A stretch of DNA of 55,516 bases from a virus (Duplodnaviria; Caudoviricetes). The position numbers and the translations under genes were made by a program. The stretch is taken from positions 1 through 55,516 of IMG/VR virus record IMGVR_UViG_3300042934_000707. One strand, 5' to 3'. The notes under the pieces were generated by a model that worked only from the letters and a program-made list of their open reading frames with translations, ran no database searches and had not been told where the DNA came from. This document shows positions 19,179 to 27,657 of this stretch, piece after piece (the stretch's first letter is position 1; the number at the start of each line of letters is the position of its first letter).

Positions 19179-21251
19179 ATGTCGTTAACGATGGCTTCGT
19201 CTTTGCCCAGAACGGAAGTTCTTGGGTTCAAGGATGTCAGTGGCCGTGGTCAACCGCTCGAGATCAGCACCCTGCCGATTTTCCTGCCGTTCACCCCGCT
19301 GATGACAGCCTGGGGTCCTGAAGACAATGCTCACATTGTCACAGGCTCGGGCTTCAGCACTATTTACGGTGCTGAGTCCTTCGAAGCGGACAATCCGCTT
19401 TATACCCACCAGAGCGTTTTCGCTCAGAAAGCAATGCAAGTGGGCGGTATGGCGTTGGTTCGCCGTTTGCTCGCTCCCGGCGCTTCGGTGGCCAACACCC
19501 GTATCTGGCTGGACATCGTTGCTGACAAGATCAAGCAATATGCCCGAAATGCCGACGGCAGCTTCAAGAAAACCGACGGTCAGTTGGTAGAAGAAGGCGC
19601 TGCTATTGACGGTTACCGTGGTCGCTTCGTGATCGAGAAAATCGACATCAGCGACGAAGACGGCATCGGCAAAGGCAAGCCAATCACCGGTGGTCTGGTT
19701 GCCGCTGACGGCACCGAATCCACCATGTACCCGATCTTCGACATCGAGGCCCGTTTCTACGGTGCACGCGGTTCCAACACCGGTTTCCGTCTGGTCGCTC
19801 CAACCATGTTGAGCGCCACCCCTACCGACGCCGATCTGATCGAAGAGAAAGGCGGCTTCCTGTATCGCTTCTACGCGCTGACCCGCGCTGATGCGAGCAC
19901 CGGCGGTTCGGTGATCAGCAACCTCGACGGCGAGCAGTACATCGACTTCAGCCTGAAGAAAGGCGTGAAGAACGCCAAGACTGGCATCGATTACTCGGTC
20001 GACAAGCGCATCCTCCCTGGCTACGAAAGCAAGGACCCTGCGTCGTTCACCGGTTACGGCCCGATCCGTTCGTTCAAGGTCTACCAGGACAACGTGAAAA
20101 CCGTTCTGGACCTGATCTACGCGAAGGAAAAGGAATTCGGTCTGATCACGTCCGAAGTGACCCCAGAGCAAACCATCAACCTGCTGGGTGCTGTTTCCCC
20201 AGAAGGAATCCCGTACTACAGCTACGCTATCGAAGGTCCGTCCTCCGGTGGTGCCCTGTTTGGCGAGTCTGCCAACCACTGGCTGCTGGGCGGTAGCGAT
20301 GGCGTCATCGAGGAAGACACCTACGACAAGTTGGTGCGCGATGAGCTGAACGTGTTCGGCGACGGCCTGGTGCCGTACGGCGACAAGGCCAGCTACCCGA
20401 TGTCCTCGTTCGTGGACACTGGTTTCTCCGTAGAGACCAAAATGCTCATGGGTAACATCATGCGCGTTCGTCCAGACGCTTGGGTCGTTGCCTCGACTCA
20501 GGACGTGAACGAGAAGCTCAACACTCCGGCTGAAGATTCCAGCATCGGCGCGATGATTCGTAACGCGCTTCAGCTGATCCCAGAGTCCGAGTACTACGGC
20601 ACCGGCGCCTGCCGCGCTGTGGTCATGAAGCACGCCGGTACTTACCTCGAGTCCGATTACGAAGGCATCCTGCCATTCACGATCGACTGGGCGGTGAAAC
20701 TGGCTGTCTACATGGGCGATGCCAGCGGCAAGATGAAAACCGGTTATGCGACCGACAACGAAGAAAACCGCGTGGTGCGTACGTTCATCGACCACAACGC
20801 CAAGTTCCGCAACGTTGTTCCGCGTAACAAAGACTGGCAGAACGGTATCACCAGTGCTGAGCCATTCGACCATAACGGGTCGGTGTTCTTCCCTGGCATC
20901 CAGACCATCTACCACGACAACACCTCGGTACTGAACTCGTTCTACCCGATGGCTATCTGCTGCCACCTGAACCGTATCGGTGAACTGGCCTGGCGGATGT
21001 ACACCGGCGACAGCCGTCTCACCGCGCTGCAATACGCAGACCGTGTGGACCGCTTCATCGAGGCTCAGGTCAAAGACAGCTACGACAGCCGTGCGGATGT
21101 TACGCCGTCGTCGTACTACACCGCTGCGGATACTCGCCGTGGGTACAGCTGGCACACCGACATCGAAGGTCTGTTCGACGGCATGAAGACGGTGCAACAA
21201 CTGACCATCATCGCCGGTCGTCGTACTGACACCACCACGGAGACCGCATAA
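19179..21251 (+). CDS. Tail sheath protein (phiKZ gp029-like)
   Basis: 690 aa; GFKDVS N-terminus, LLGGSDG, DTGF, RGYSW motifs; strong codon bias; followed by tube gene. Confidence 0.9.
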   Translation: MSLTMASSLPRTEVLGFKDVSGRGQPLEISTLPIFLPFTPLMTAWGPEDNAHIVTGSGFSTIYGAESFEADNPLYTHQSVFAQKAMQVGGMALVRRLLAPGASVANTRIWLDIVADKIKQYARNADGSFKKTDGQLVEEGAAIDGYRGRFVIEKIDISDEDGIGKGKPITGGLVAADGTESTMYPIFDIEARFYGARGSNTGFRLVAPTMLSATPTDADLIEEKGGFLYRFYALTRADASTGGSVISNLDGEQYIDFSLKKGVKNAKTGIDYSVDKRILPGYESKDPASFTGYGPIRSFKVYQDNVKTVLDLIYAKEKEFGLITSEVTPEQTINLLGAVSPEGIPYYSYAIEGPSSGGALFGESANHWLLGGSDGVIEEDTYDKLVRDELNVFGDGLVPYGDKASYPMSSFVDTGFSVETKMLMGNIMRVRPDAWVVASTQDVNEKLNTPAEDSSIGAMIRNALQLIPESEYYGTGACRAVVMKHAGTYLESDYEGILPFTIDWAVKLAVYMGDASGKMKTGYATDNEENRVVRTFIDHNAKFRNVVPRNKDWQNGITSAEPFDHNGSVFFPGIQTIYHDNTSVLNSFYPMAICCHLNRIGELAWRMYTGDSRLTALQYADRVDRFIEAQVKDSYDSRADVTPSSYYTAADTRRGYSWHTDIEGLFDGMKTVQQLTIIAGRRTDTTTETA

Positions 21252-22117
21252 TGGCTCGCTACCGCGACACGCTCCTTGGCAATGGCCAGGGGTACGGCGA
21301 GTACGTCAACTCGCCGATGGTAAACCTCGCGGTTGGTGGGCAGAACGCCTACCAATCCGACTTGCGCTACTTCCATGCCAACACGGATTACGTTCGTCGT
21401 AACCTGATCATGAAAGTGCTGCAAGCACCGCGTGGCTTCCAGTATCTGGACAACCCTGCCAGCTACTACAAGGCCCTGAAAGGGATCTGCGAGATGCACG
21501 CGCAGACCTGGGATGGCCTGAACCGTACGTTGACGGTCAACAGCGTTGAAGGCGCGGTCTCGGGTGCTGGCGAAATCCAGCACACCCCGAGTAACGTGCT
21601 GCGTCAGCGCTCCGACCCGTCGATGACGGTCCGCGAGAAGTACGGCCGTCCGATCCAGCGCTTCTTCGAAAGCTGGATCACCGAGCTGATCATGGACCCG
21701 GATTCGAAAGTACCGGGTATCGCTACCCGTGCCAACGCACCGACCGACCTGCTGCCGGACATCTACTCGATGACCGCCATCTTCATGGAACCGGACCCAA
21801 CCTTCACGAAAGTGAACGCGGCCTGGCTCATCACCAACATGTACCCGACTACCGCTGGTGATTTCACCGGTCGTCGTGACAAGACGGCTGATGGTGAAGA
21901 ACTGGTACTGACCATTCCGTGGACCGGTACTCAGCAAGTTGGCCTGGCGGTTGACCGTTTCGCCCAGACTCTTCTGGACGGCATGGTGAAGACCGGCACC
22001 AACCCGAACCTCAAGCCTGCGTTCATCAACGCGGTCGACGCCGACGTGCTGTCTTACAGCACCGTGGGTTACACCGAGCAGGTGGCTGAGTTCAACCGCA
22101 ACTTCATCCGTCCGTAA
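21251..22117 (+). CDS. Tail tube protein (phiKZ gp030-like)
   Basis: 288 aa, TAATG-coupled to sheath; EKYGRPI and FMEPDPT...AWL.TNMYP motifs. Confidence 0.85.
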   Translation: MARYRDTLLGNGQGYGEYVNSPMVNLAVGGQNAYQSDLRYFHANTDYVRRNLIMKVLQAPRGFQYLDNPASYYKALKGICEMHAQTWDGLNRTLTVNSVEGAVSGAGEIQHTPSNVLRQRSDPSMTVREKYGRPIQRFFESWITELIMDPDSKVPGIATRANAPTDLLPDIYSMTAIFMEPDPTFTKVNAAWLITNMYPTTAGDFTGRRDKTADGEELVLTIPWTGTQQVGLAVDRFAQTLLDGMVKTGTNPNLKPAFINAVDADVLSYSTVGYTEQVAEFNRNFIRP

Positions 22118-22144
22118 GGGCGATGGGGAAGCAAAAAAGAAAGA

Positions 22145-22184
22145 GCATACACCCCCGGCCATCTGGCCGGGGGTGTATGTTGTC
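22145..22184. terminator. Bidirectional CATA/TATG-flanked hairpin
   Basis: 15-bp stem 22146-22160/22165-22179 between convergent genes; T-tract on the - side. Confidence 0.75.
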
Positions 22185-22187
22185 TAT

Positions 22188-22502
22188 TCAGTGGGTGTAG
22201 CGGGCCACACAGAAATCGCCACGGTTGGTGGACACGAAGATATGCCGCCAGCCGGAGTTGTCTCGCCAGTTGACTTCACGGTCGTAAGGCGTGTAACCGA
22301 TGTTCTTGCCAAAGCTGCGAAAGGTAAAGCCACGTGCGTCTACCGATAGGAACTCACGTAGCGCTAAACCCGTCGCTGGAAGGCCTAGGTCATCCAACAG
22401 ATGCTGAGTGCCATAACCGTAGCCAACGTACTCGATGTCGTCTTCTATGGCGCTCAGGAGCGCTTCTAGGGCTATGTCATCCTTAGTCGCTTGGTGTTTC
22501 AT
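22188..22502 (-). CDS. Hypothetical protein
   Basis: 104-aa ORF overlapping the end of the upstream gene. Confidence 0.65.
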   Translation of the reverse strand: MKHQATKDDIALEALLSAIEDDIEYVGYGYGTQHLLDDLGLPATGLALREFLSVDARGFTFRSFGKNIGYTPYDREVNWRDNSGWRHIFVSTNRGDFCVARYTH

Positions 22503-23061
22503 TCTTCACTACCCGCAAACGTGGTTTAAGGGGTAAGACGTTGTCTGCTTTCGGTGGGGAGGGAGCAGGGTTCTCCATGACAGTGAAGTCAGGTTTGAAG
22601 GCATCGTTAGCCGAGTAATCCGGTACACCGCAGGAATTGCCATGACCGTGATCATCAGGACGATCCGGGCAGCAGCAAGAGGGCAGGCCTTCTTTCTCTG
22701 CCATCAGTTCAACGCACCAGTGAGTCAGTGTGTTGAAGATGTGGCACATGGAGTATTCCATGTTGGGCAACGGGTGGGTGATGATGACCCCACTTGGGAT
22801 CTCGGGGCACAGCGTGATGCTGCATTCCTGGAAGGGCTCTTCAACCGTGCCTGCAATGAAACGGATCTTGAGCAACCGGCCCATGGGTTCGGTGACCCAG
22901 TTGGCTTTGATCTCTACGCGCATGAAGGGTTCGTACATGCCTTCAGGCATGTCATCGCCTTCGTACACGGTGTTGCGCTCATCGAGGTCAAAACACCCCA
23001 AGTGGTTGTACAGAACAATCCCGATCAGGTTTCCGTACAGCTGGTTATGCAACGTAGACAA
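22483..23061 (-). CDS. Hypothetical protein with Cys/His cluster and SspB-like LRVVK tail
   Basis: TTG start at 23061 behind GAGGAGG (ORF track starts at 23079). Confidence 0.7.
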   Translation of the reverse strand: MSTLHNQLYGNLIGIVLYNHLGCFDLDERNTVYEGDDMPEGMYEPFMRVEIKANWVTEPMGRLLKIRFIAGTVEEPFQECSITLCPEIPSGVIITHPLPNMEYSMCHIFNTLTHWCVELMAEKEGLPSCCCPDRPDDHGHGNSCGVPDYSANDAFKPDFTVMENPAPSPPKADNVLPLKPRLRVVKNETPSD

Positions 23062-23077
23062 ACAACACCTCCTCGAC

Positions 23078-23110
23078 AAAAAATAAACACACGGGCCCGA
23101 AGACCCGTGT
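23078..23110 (-). terminator. Intrinsic terminator with cUUCGg loop
   Basis: ACACGGGTC-TTCG-GGCCCGTGT followed by TTTATTTTTT on -. Confidence 0.75.
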
Positions 23111-23121
23111 GGAGTGGCTGC

Positions 23122-24171
23122 TTATGCCTTGACTTCGCGAAGGATGGTGCGTTCCTTACGCTTGGTAGGCGCTTTCTTCTGGGACTTGACCTTCGGCTTG
23201 TCTTCCACGACCATCGGGCGGTTGGACAATGCCATCGGCGTCTTGGTACGCACCGGGGCTACAGGCGCAGCCGGGATGGTAGCTTTCGGACGTTCCACAT
23301 ACTCTTGGACATCCATCTGGCGCTGCTTGAGGATCTGGCTGCGGTCAGTGAAGTCTTTACCGGCATCCGTCTCGCGGGTCTTCGGTACCCAGGTACGACG
23401 AGGACGAGTAGGCTGCGGGTTCAGGAAGAAACCGAAGGTCTGCTTGTAATCGTTGTTGGTCTGGATGCTGAGGTGCCACACGCCATCAGGGTTGTTGCTG
23501 TCGCAGTTGAAGGAGTTGAAGAACACCTTGGCTGCGCCATCGTTGACCATCGTCACCAGCGTTGCTTTGTCCTGACGAACGATCTCGTCCAGCAGGTCTT
23601 GAGCCACGTTAGGCAGCGCTACACCGAAGTAGTAGCAGTCCTTGTGCTTCTTGAGCAGGTCCATCGCTTTCTCACGCAACAGCGTGAAGTTGATCGTATC
23701 GTCCGTCATCAGCAGACGATCAGTGCACCCTGCCGCACTCACCATGCGACCGAGGTTGTTCAGCTTTTCCACCAGCGCACTGTACACACGGTACTGCTCG
23801 TCGGTGACGCCTTTGAAGTACAGGCCCAGACGGCCGCCTTCAGGGTCTTTGTCCACGTACTGCATCTGGTCCAGCCAGTTGTACTCACGCAGCACTTGCG
23901 CCTGCTTCTCGTAAGACGAGGTGAACAGGTTCAGGAACTTCATCTTGACGTCGTCGTCCAGATCACTGTCGTCGATGTCAGCGATCAGCTCTTCTTCTTT
24001 GCGTGCCCCATTACGGGAAACGCTGGCGCTGTCGCTTTCACGGTAGGTCCAGTCGAAGCCACGCAGTTTCAGTGCGAACTGTTCTTCGAGGTTCAGCGGG
24101 CGTCCCAGAGCCCGGCAACGGTTAATGGCGGAGAGGCGGTTAAGTTCTTCTTCGGTAAGGTGGCCCAGCAT
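23122..24171 (-). CDS. Hypothetical early protein with basic disordered C-terminus
   Basis: 349 aa, AAGGGG RBS, own early promoter and terminator. Confidence 0.85.
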   Translation of the reverse strand: MLGHLTEEELNRLSAINRCRALGRPLNLEEQFALKLRGFDWTYRESDSASVSRNGARKEEELIADIDDSDLDDDVKMKFLNLFTSSYEKQAQVLREYNWLDQMQYVDKDPEGGRLGLYFKGVTDEQYRVYSALVEKLNNLGRMVSAAGCTDRLLMTDDTINFTLLREKAMDLLKKHKDCYYFGVALPNVAQDLLDEIVRQDKATLVTMVNDGAAKVFFNSFNCDSNNPDGVWHLSIQTNNDYKQTFGFFLNPQPTRPRRTWVPKTRETDAGKDFTDRSQILKQRQMDVQEYVERPKATIPAAPVAPVRTKTPMALSNRPMVVEDKPKVKSQKKAPTKRKERTILREVKA

Positions 24172-24221
24172 TGTTATCCCCTTGTTGGTTAAGTGCAGGT
24201 GACAAGCCCATCGTCATACCT

Positions 24222-24250
24222 GTGATGTATCGCCGTAATTAATTGGAATC
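24222..24250 (-). promoter_or_regulatory. Putative early promoter
   Basis: GATTC-N16-TACATCAC on -. Confidence 0.7.
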
Positions 24251-24286
24251 GATCACGGGGGCAAAACAAAAGTCCTGCATAGAGAA

Positions 24287-24313
24287 CCACTCAGCCGCTC
24301 TCACGGCTGAGTG
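24287..24313 (-). terminator. Hairpin terminator followed by TATG
   Basis: CCACTCAGCCG/CGGCTGAGTGG 11-bp stem just after the stop at 24331. Confidence 0.6.
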
Positions 24314-24330
24314 GCGTCGCTACTTGGCGC

Positions 24331-24795
24331 TTACTGACCGAAGATGGAGGTAGCTTCGGTGACCAGGTGTTCCTGGATGCGCTTGAAGTTGCCGCGTTTC
24401 TGGCCGATGCCGCTCACCAGCTTCAGATTCGAGGCGCCGTACTTCGGCTTTTCTTCGGTGCTGCCCGGCGCGCGGGTCATGACCTTGCGATCGTAGCTGG
24501 CCAGCAGCTGATCGTGGCCGATGTTCAGGGAAACGGTGGTGCGGTCAATGCCTTTGTTGGCTTGCAGGTGCGACTTGGACTTGTCGCCGTTGCCCAGGAC
24601 CAGAGCGTCGCCGAAGTCCAGCTCGACTTCTTGATGGCGCTTGAGGGAATCGACGGTCACGTCTTCAGGCAGGTTGTCGGCGAGGAAGGATTCGGGAAGG
24701 GTGCCTTGGCCGTCGTCGTCGTAGGTGATGGCTTCGTTGATTTTCGCAGCGAGGGCCAGAACGTGGGCTGGTACTTTTTCCAGGTTGGTCGACAT
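24331..24795 (-). CDS. Hypothetical, probably highly expressed early protein
   Basis: Start MSTNLEK with GGAG RBS (ORF open from 24843); strong codon bias. Confidence 0.85.
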   Translation of the reverse strand: MSTNLEKVPAHVLALAAKINEAITYDDDGQGTLPESFLADNLPEDVTVDSLKRHQEVELDFGDALVLGNGDKSKSHLQANKGIDRTTVSLNIGHDQLLASYDRKVMTRAPGSTEEKPKYGASNLKLVSGIGQKRGNFKRIQEHLVTEATSIFGQ

Positions 24796-24887
24796 CGTGT
24801 TGCTCCACTTGTTGAGAATTTGATTAATCCGGGTGTAACGCACAGCAGATGAGTGCAGAGTTTTAATTTACATCCTTACTCCCCTTG

Positions 24888-24916
24888 ATAATGTATTGTT
24901 CAAGGAATCTTCAATC
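24888..24916 (-). promoter_or_regulatory. Putative early promoter
   Basis: GATTG-N16-TACATTAT on -. Confidence 0.65.
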
Positions 24917-24920
24917 GAAG

Positions 24921-24961
24921 AAAAAAGAAAGCAATCACTGGGAGCCCGAAGGCTCCCAGTG
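24921..24961 (-). terminator. Intrinsic terminator with cUUCGg loop
   Basis: CACTGGGAGCC-TTCG-GGCTCCCAGTG then T-rich tract on -. Confidence 0.8.
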
Positions 24962-24968
24962 GGTCTGC

Positions 24969-25325
24969 TTACTTGTTCTTGGCACGCAGGCTGGCTTTCA
25001 GAGCGATGTTCCACTCATCCAGCAGGCCCGACTCAACGGCTTGCTCACGGGTCATGCTCAGCAGTGCGTGCGACTGTTGGGCAGCGACCTGCTCAGCGGT
25101 TTGCACTGGAGCTGCTGGAGCAGCCTCAGCGGCGTTTGCAGCCACCACAGCAGCAATGCCTGGGGTTTGCTTGGCCGGACGGTTACGCAGGTATTTGACG
25201 CCCTTGTAGCCACCGTAGCCGACAGCCACCGAACCCACCGCGATGCCAGCGGCAGCGATAGGGTTGGCTTTGATCAGGCCCAGAGCGGATTCGGCAGCAG
25301 TTTTGATAGCGGTCATAACGGACAT
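24969..25325 (-). CDS. Small Ala-rich membrane-anchored protein
   Basis: 118 aa, AGGAG RBS, hydrophobic PIAAAGIAVGSVAVGYGGY followed by basic residues. Confidence 0.8.
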   Translation of the reverse strand: MSVMTAIKTAAESALGLIKANPIAAAGIAVGSVAVGYGGYKGVKYLRNRPAKQTPGIAAVVAANAAEAAPAAPVQTAEQVAAQQSHALLSMTREQAVESGLLDEWNIALKASLRAKNK

Positions 25326-25366
25326 GGTGAATCTCCTAGCGATGTAGCGAATGGTTGGGTTAGGTG

Positions 25367-25495
25367 TTACGCGAGTTTGGTAGCTTGTTGCTTTGGAGCA
25401 GGTTTGCGCAGCTTGTCGCCGAAGTACGCCATGACGCCGAACGCCACGAAGAAGCCGACGATTACAGCGAGGTCAATCCAAGGGTTGTGGGTCAT
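25367..25495 (-). CDS. 42-aa membrane microprotein MTHNPWIDLAVIVGFFVAFGVMAYFGDKLRKPAPKQQATKLA
   Basis: Not in the ORF track; AAGGA RBS, fills the operon gap, one TM-like helix. Confidence 0.75.
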   Translation of the reverse strand: MTHNPWIDLAVIVGFFVAFGVMAYFGDKLRKPAPKQQATKLA

Positions 25496-25507
25496 GGCAG
25501 TATTTCC

Positions 25508-25633
25508 TTAGGCAGTAGCAGTTTTAGCGCGGAGGGTTTCGAGTTCTTTCTTGAGGTCTACATCATCACGACGCCCTTTCATCCACAGGGCACCGAACGT
25601 GAAACCAATAGCGAGGAAGGCAATCTCTTTCAT
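25508..25633 (-). CDS. 41-aa membrane microprotein MKEIAFLAIGFTFGALWMKGRRDDVDLKKELETLRAKTATA
   Basis: Not in the ORF track; TAAGGAG RBS, hydrophobic N-terminus plus short coiled coil. Confidence 0.8.
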   Translation of the reverse strand: MKEIAFLAIGFTFGALWMKGRRDDVDLKKELETLRAKTATA

Positions 25634-25649
25634 GACAGTCTCCTTAGAC

Positions 25650-26171
25650 TTAATGACGGTTACGCAGGATCGAGCCCAGAAGCCCCAGGCCCGCGCCTAC
25701 AGCAGCACCGAGGGCAACAGCTGCATCCATCTCTGGATTATGGCTGGTGATCACGGTACGGCGTACAGTCGTCGTTTCTTGACGACGGTGTTCAACAACC
25801 ACTGGACGCTCGACGTACACGGTACGTTCTACGATCACAGCGTCACGGCATTCTTCCAGAGCGATGAGCGCATCGCCGCAGAGAACCACGTCTTGCTTGG
25901 TGGCGATCAACGCAGCACCGACCAGTTGCATTTCAGCAGCCGACAGCTTTTCGTAGTCGGTGCCAAACATCAACCAGGTGGAGCGGTAGTCGATTTCCAC
26001 TTCAGACAGTTTCCACTTACGCGAACGGCTGTCCATTTTGAACTTCACCTTCGAAGCGCCGAAGGTGCTGGTGCCGAAGCGAACTTCCATGCTGTAGCTG
26101 GAACTGCGTACGTTAGCCACGTGTTGCAGGGTGTTCATTTCGGAAGTGCGCGAGATAGTGATGATGTTCAT
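25650..26171 (-). CDS. Hypothetical protein with C-terminal Gly/Ala-rich membrane segment
   Basis: 173 aa, GGAG RBS, AAVALGAAVGAGLGLLGSIL then RNRH. Confidence 0.8.
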   Translation of the reverse strand: MNIITISRTSEMNTLQHVANVRSSSYSMEVRFGTSTFGASKVKFKMDSRSRKWKLSEVEIDYRSTWLMFGTDYEKLSAAEMQLVGAALIATKQDVVLCGDALIALEECRDAVIVERTVYVERPVVVEHRRQETTTVRRTVITSHNPEMDAAVALGAAVGAGLGLLGSILRNRH

Positions 26172-26228
26172 GCTGTGTTCTCCATTAGAACAAGGGTTAG
26201 GTAGAGATTAGTCTCTCTATTCACATGT

Positions 26229-26257
26229 ACAATGTATTGCCATAGATTTTTCGAATC
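26229..26257 (-). promoter_or_regulatory. Putative early promoter
   Basis: GATTC-N16-TACATTGT on -. Confidence 0.7.
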
Positions 26258-26265
26258 GAATAACA

Positions 26266-26309
26266 GACGGCATAAACACCCCTCTACGGCCGATGCCGTA
26301 GAGGGGTGT
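26266..26309 (-). terminator. Hairpin followed by TATGCCGTC
   Basis: Perfect 15-bp stem 26276-26290/26295-26309 after the stop at 26317. Confidence 0.7.
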
Positions 26310-26316
26310 CCAGTGC

Positions 26317-27570
26317 TTAGCGGTTCTTCGCAGCCTTGGTCACGGAGTCAGCCGCGTCGTTCAGCTGACGCACGATTGCGTACAGGATGGTGAACGCGCC
26401 ATTGAGGCACTCCCAGCCCAGACGATCGAGTTCGCTGATCGCACGGATGGCGATCTTGGCTTTGTCGCTGCCACGCACGTCGGCGCGCAGTTTCTTGACC
26501 AGTGCACTGTGAGCAGCCCACTTGCGTGGAGCGTTGCTACGGATCGAAGCAGTCTTGGTAGCGACGGCCTTGATCTTCTCGAGTGCGGTGACCATGTCTT
26601 CGATCTTGACTTCACGCTTGGTGGAGCCTTGAACGATGAGGTACAGCAGCGTACCGAAGTTGCCGGTCAGGTTGGCCACGATTTCCATGCCGGTGGCTTT
26701 TGGCCAGGACACGTTCAGGCTGTAACCGTTGGACCAGTCTTTGCTCAGGTGCTCGCCGCCCTTGAGGTCGAAACGCTTGACGTTCAGACGACGGTTGCAG
26801 AGGGTCCACTTCTCGTCGAGCTTGTCGTACGCTTCTTTACCGGTGTTCTTCAGCGCGGCAATGGCTTTGAGGCCTTTCTCGGCTTCAGCTTCATCGGACC
26901 AGTCGATCTTGTAGGCGGCGTCAGCGGCCTTCTGAGCGTTGGTGGTGGCTTCTTCGCCCAGGCGCAGCATGATGTCAACCAGGCTGGCGGTGTCGCTGGC
27001 CGCGCCGGTCAGGTTCGGGGCGATGGTGTTGTTGACCTGGAAGATCTTCCAGAGGTTGCCCATGGAGATCTTGGCGCTGCCCTTGTAGTTCTTCAGGACG
27101 GCGATCTTGTCACCCATGTTCGGGATTTCACGGTTCAGGATGCCGAGGTGGTCCCACAGGTCCTTGACCGAGTAGCTTTCCAGCGACACGTCAACGGCCG
27201 ATTCCAGAGAAGCGGCTTGGCTGCGCAGTTGAGCCACGACATGAGGAGCACGGGCGGAAGCGTCGCCAAAGGACTCCAGGCCGGTGTCTTTCATGCGGAA
27301 GCCGTAACGGCCAGTCACAGCGTTGGCGAGGCGTACAGCGGCGTCCAGGGACTCGTGGGTGACTTCCACGCCAGCTTCTTCGATGCCAGCAGCTTCTTGC
27401 ACCAGAGTACCGACGTCGCCTTCCACTTCGATGCGCTCGGCAACGTAGGTGTTAGGGTCCAGGTCGTTGGCCTCTTCCACGAGGGTTTCGAGCAGGTCGG
27501 CCGAAGCCTGTTGCTCTTCGATTTCCTCGAGCGAGACCTTCAAAGCGTTGGTCAGCAAATCGTTACGCAT
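26317..27570 (-). CDS. Internal head/ejection protein with acidic propeptide
   Basis: 417 aa; S/G-L-E motifs (VSLEE, TGLES, ASLES, VSLES) in an acidic N-terminal region; strong codon bias. Confidence 0.75.
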   Translation of the reverse strand: MRNDLLTNALKVSLEEIEEQQASADLLETLVEEANDLDPNTYVAERIEVEGDVGTLVQEAAGIEEAGVEVTHESLDAAVRLANAVTGRYGFRMKDTGLESFGDASARAPHVVAQLRSQAASLESAVDVSLESYSVKDLWDHLGILNREIPNMGDKIAVLKNYKGSAKISMGNLWKIFQVNNTIAPNLTGAASDTASLVDIMLRLGEEATTNAQKAADAAYKIDWSDEAEAEKGLKAIAALKNTGKEAYDKLDEKWTLCNRRLNVKRFDLKGGEHLSKDWSNGYSLNVSWPKATGMEIVANLTGNFGTLLYLIVQGSTKREVKIEDMVTALEKIKAVATKTASIRSNAPRKWAAHSALVKKLRADVRGSDKAKIAIRAISELDRLGWECLNGAFTILYAIVRQLNDAADSVTKAAKNR

Positions 27571-27657
27571 GTCTTTCTATCCTTAAAGGAACGGGGTGCC
27601 ATGAACGGCAGGGAGAGAGCGGGCACTTCATAGAAATACCCGCCAAACGTGGATGTG

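Noticed and set aside
11349-22184. Repeated palindromes as a possible CRISPR array or transposon ends
   Set aside because: Copies are dispersed singly at gene ends, with no repeat-spacer periodicity, cas gene or transposase
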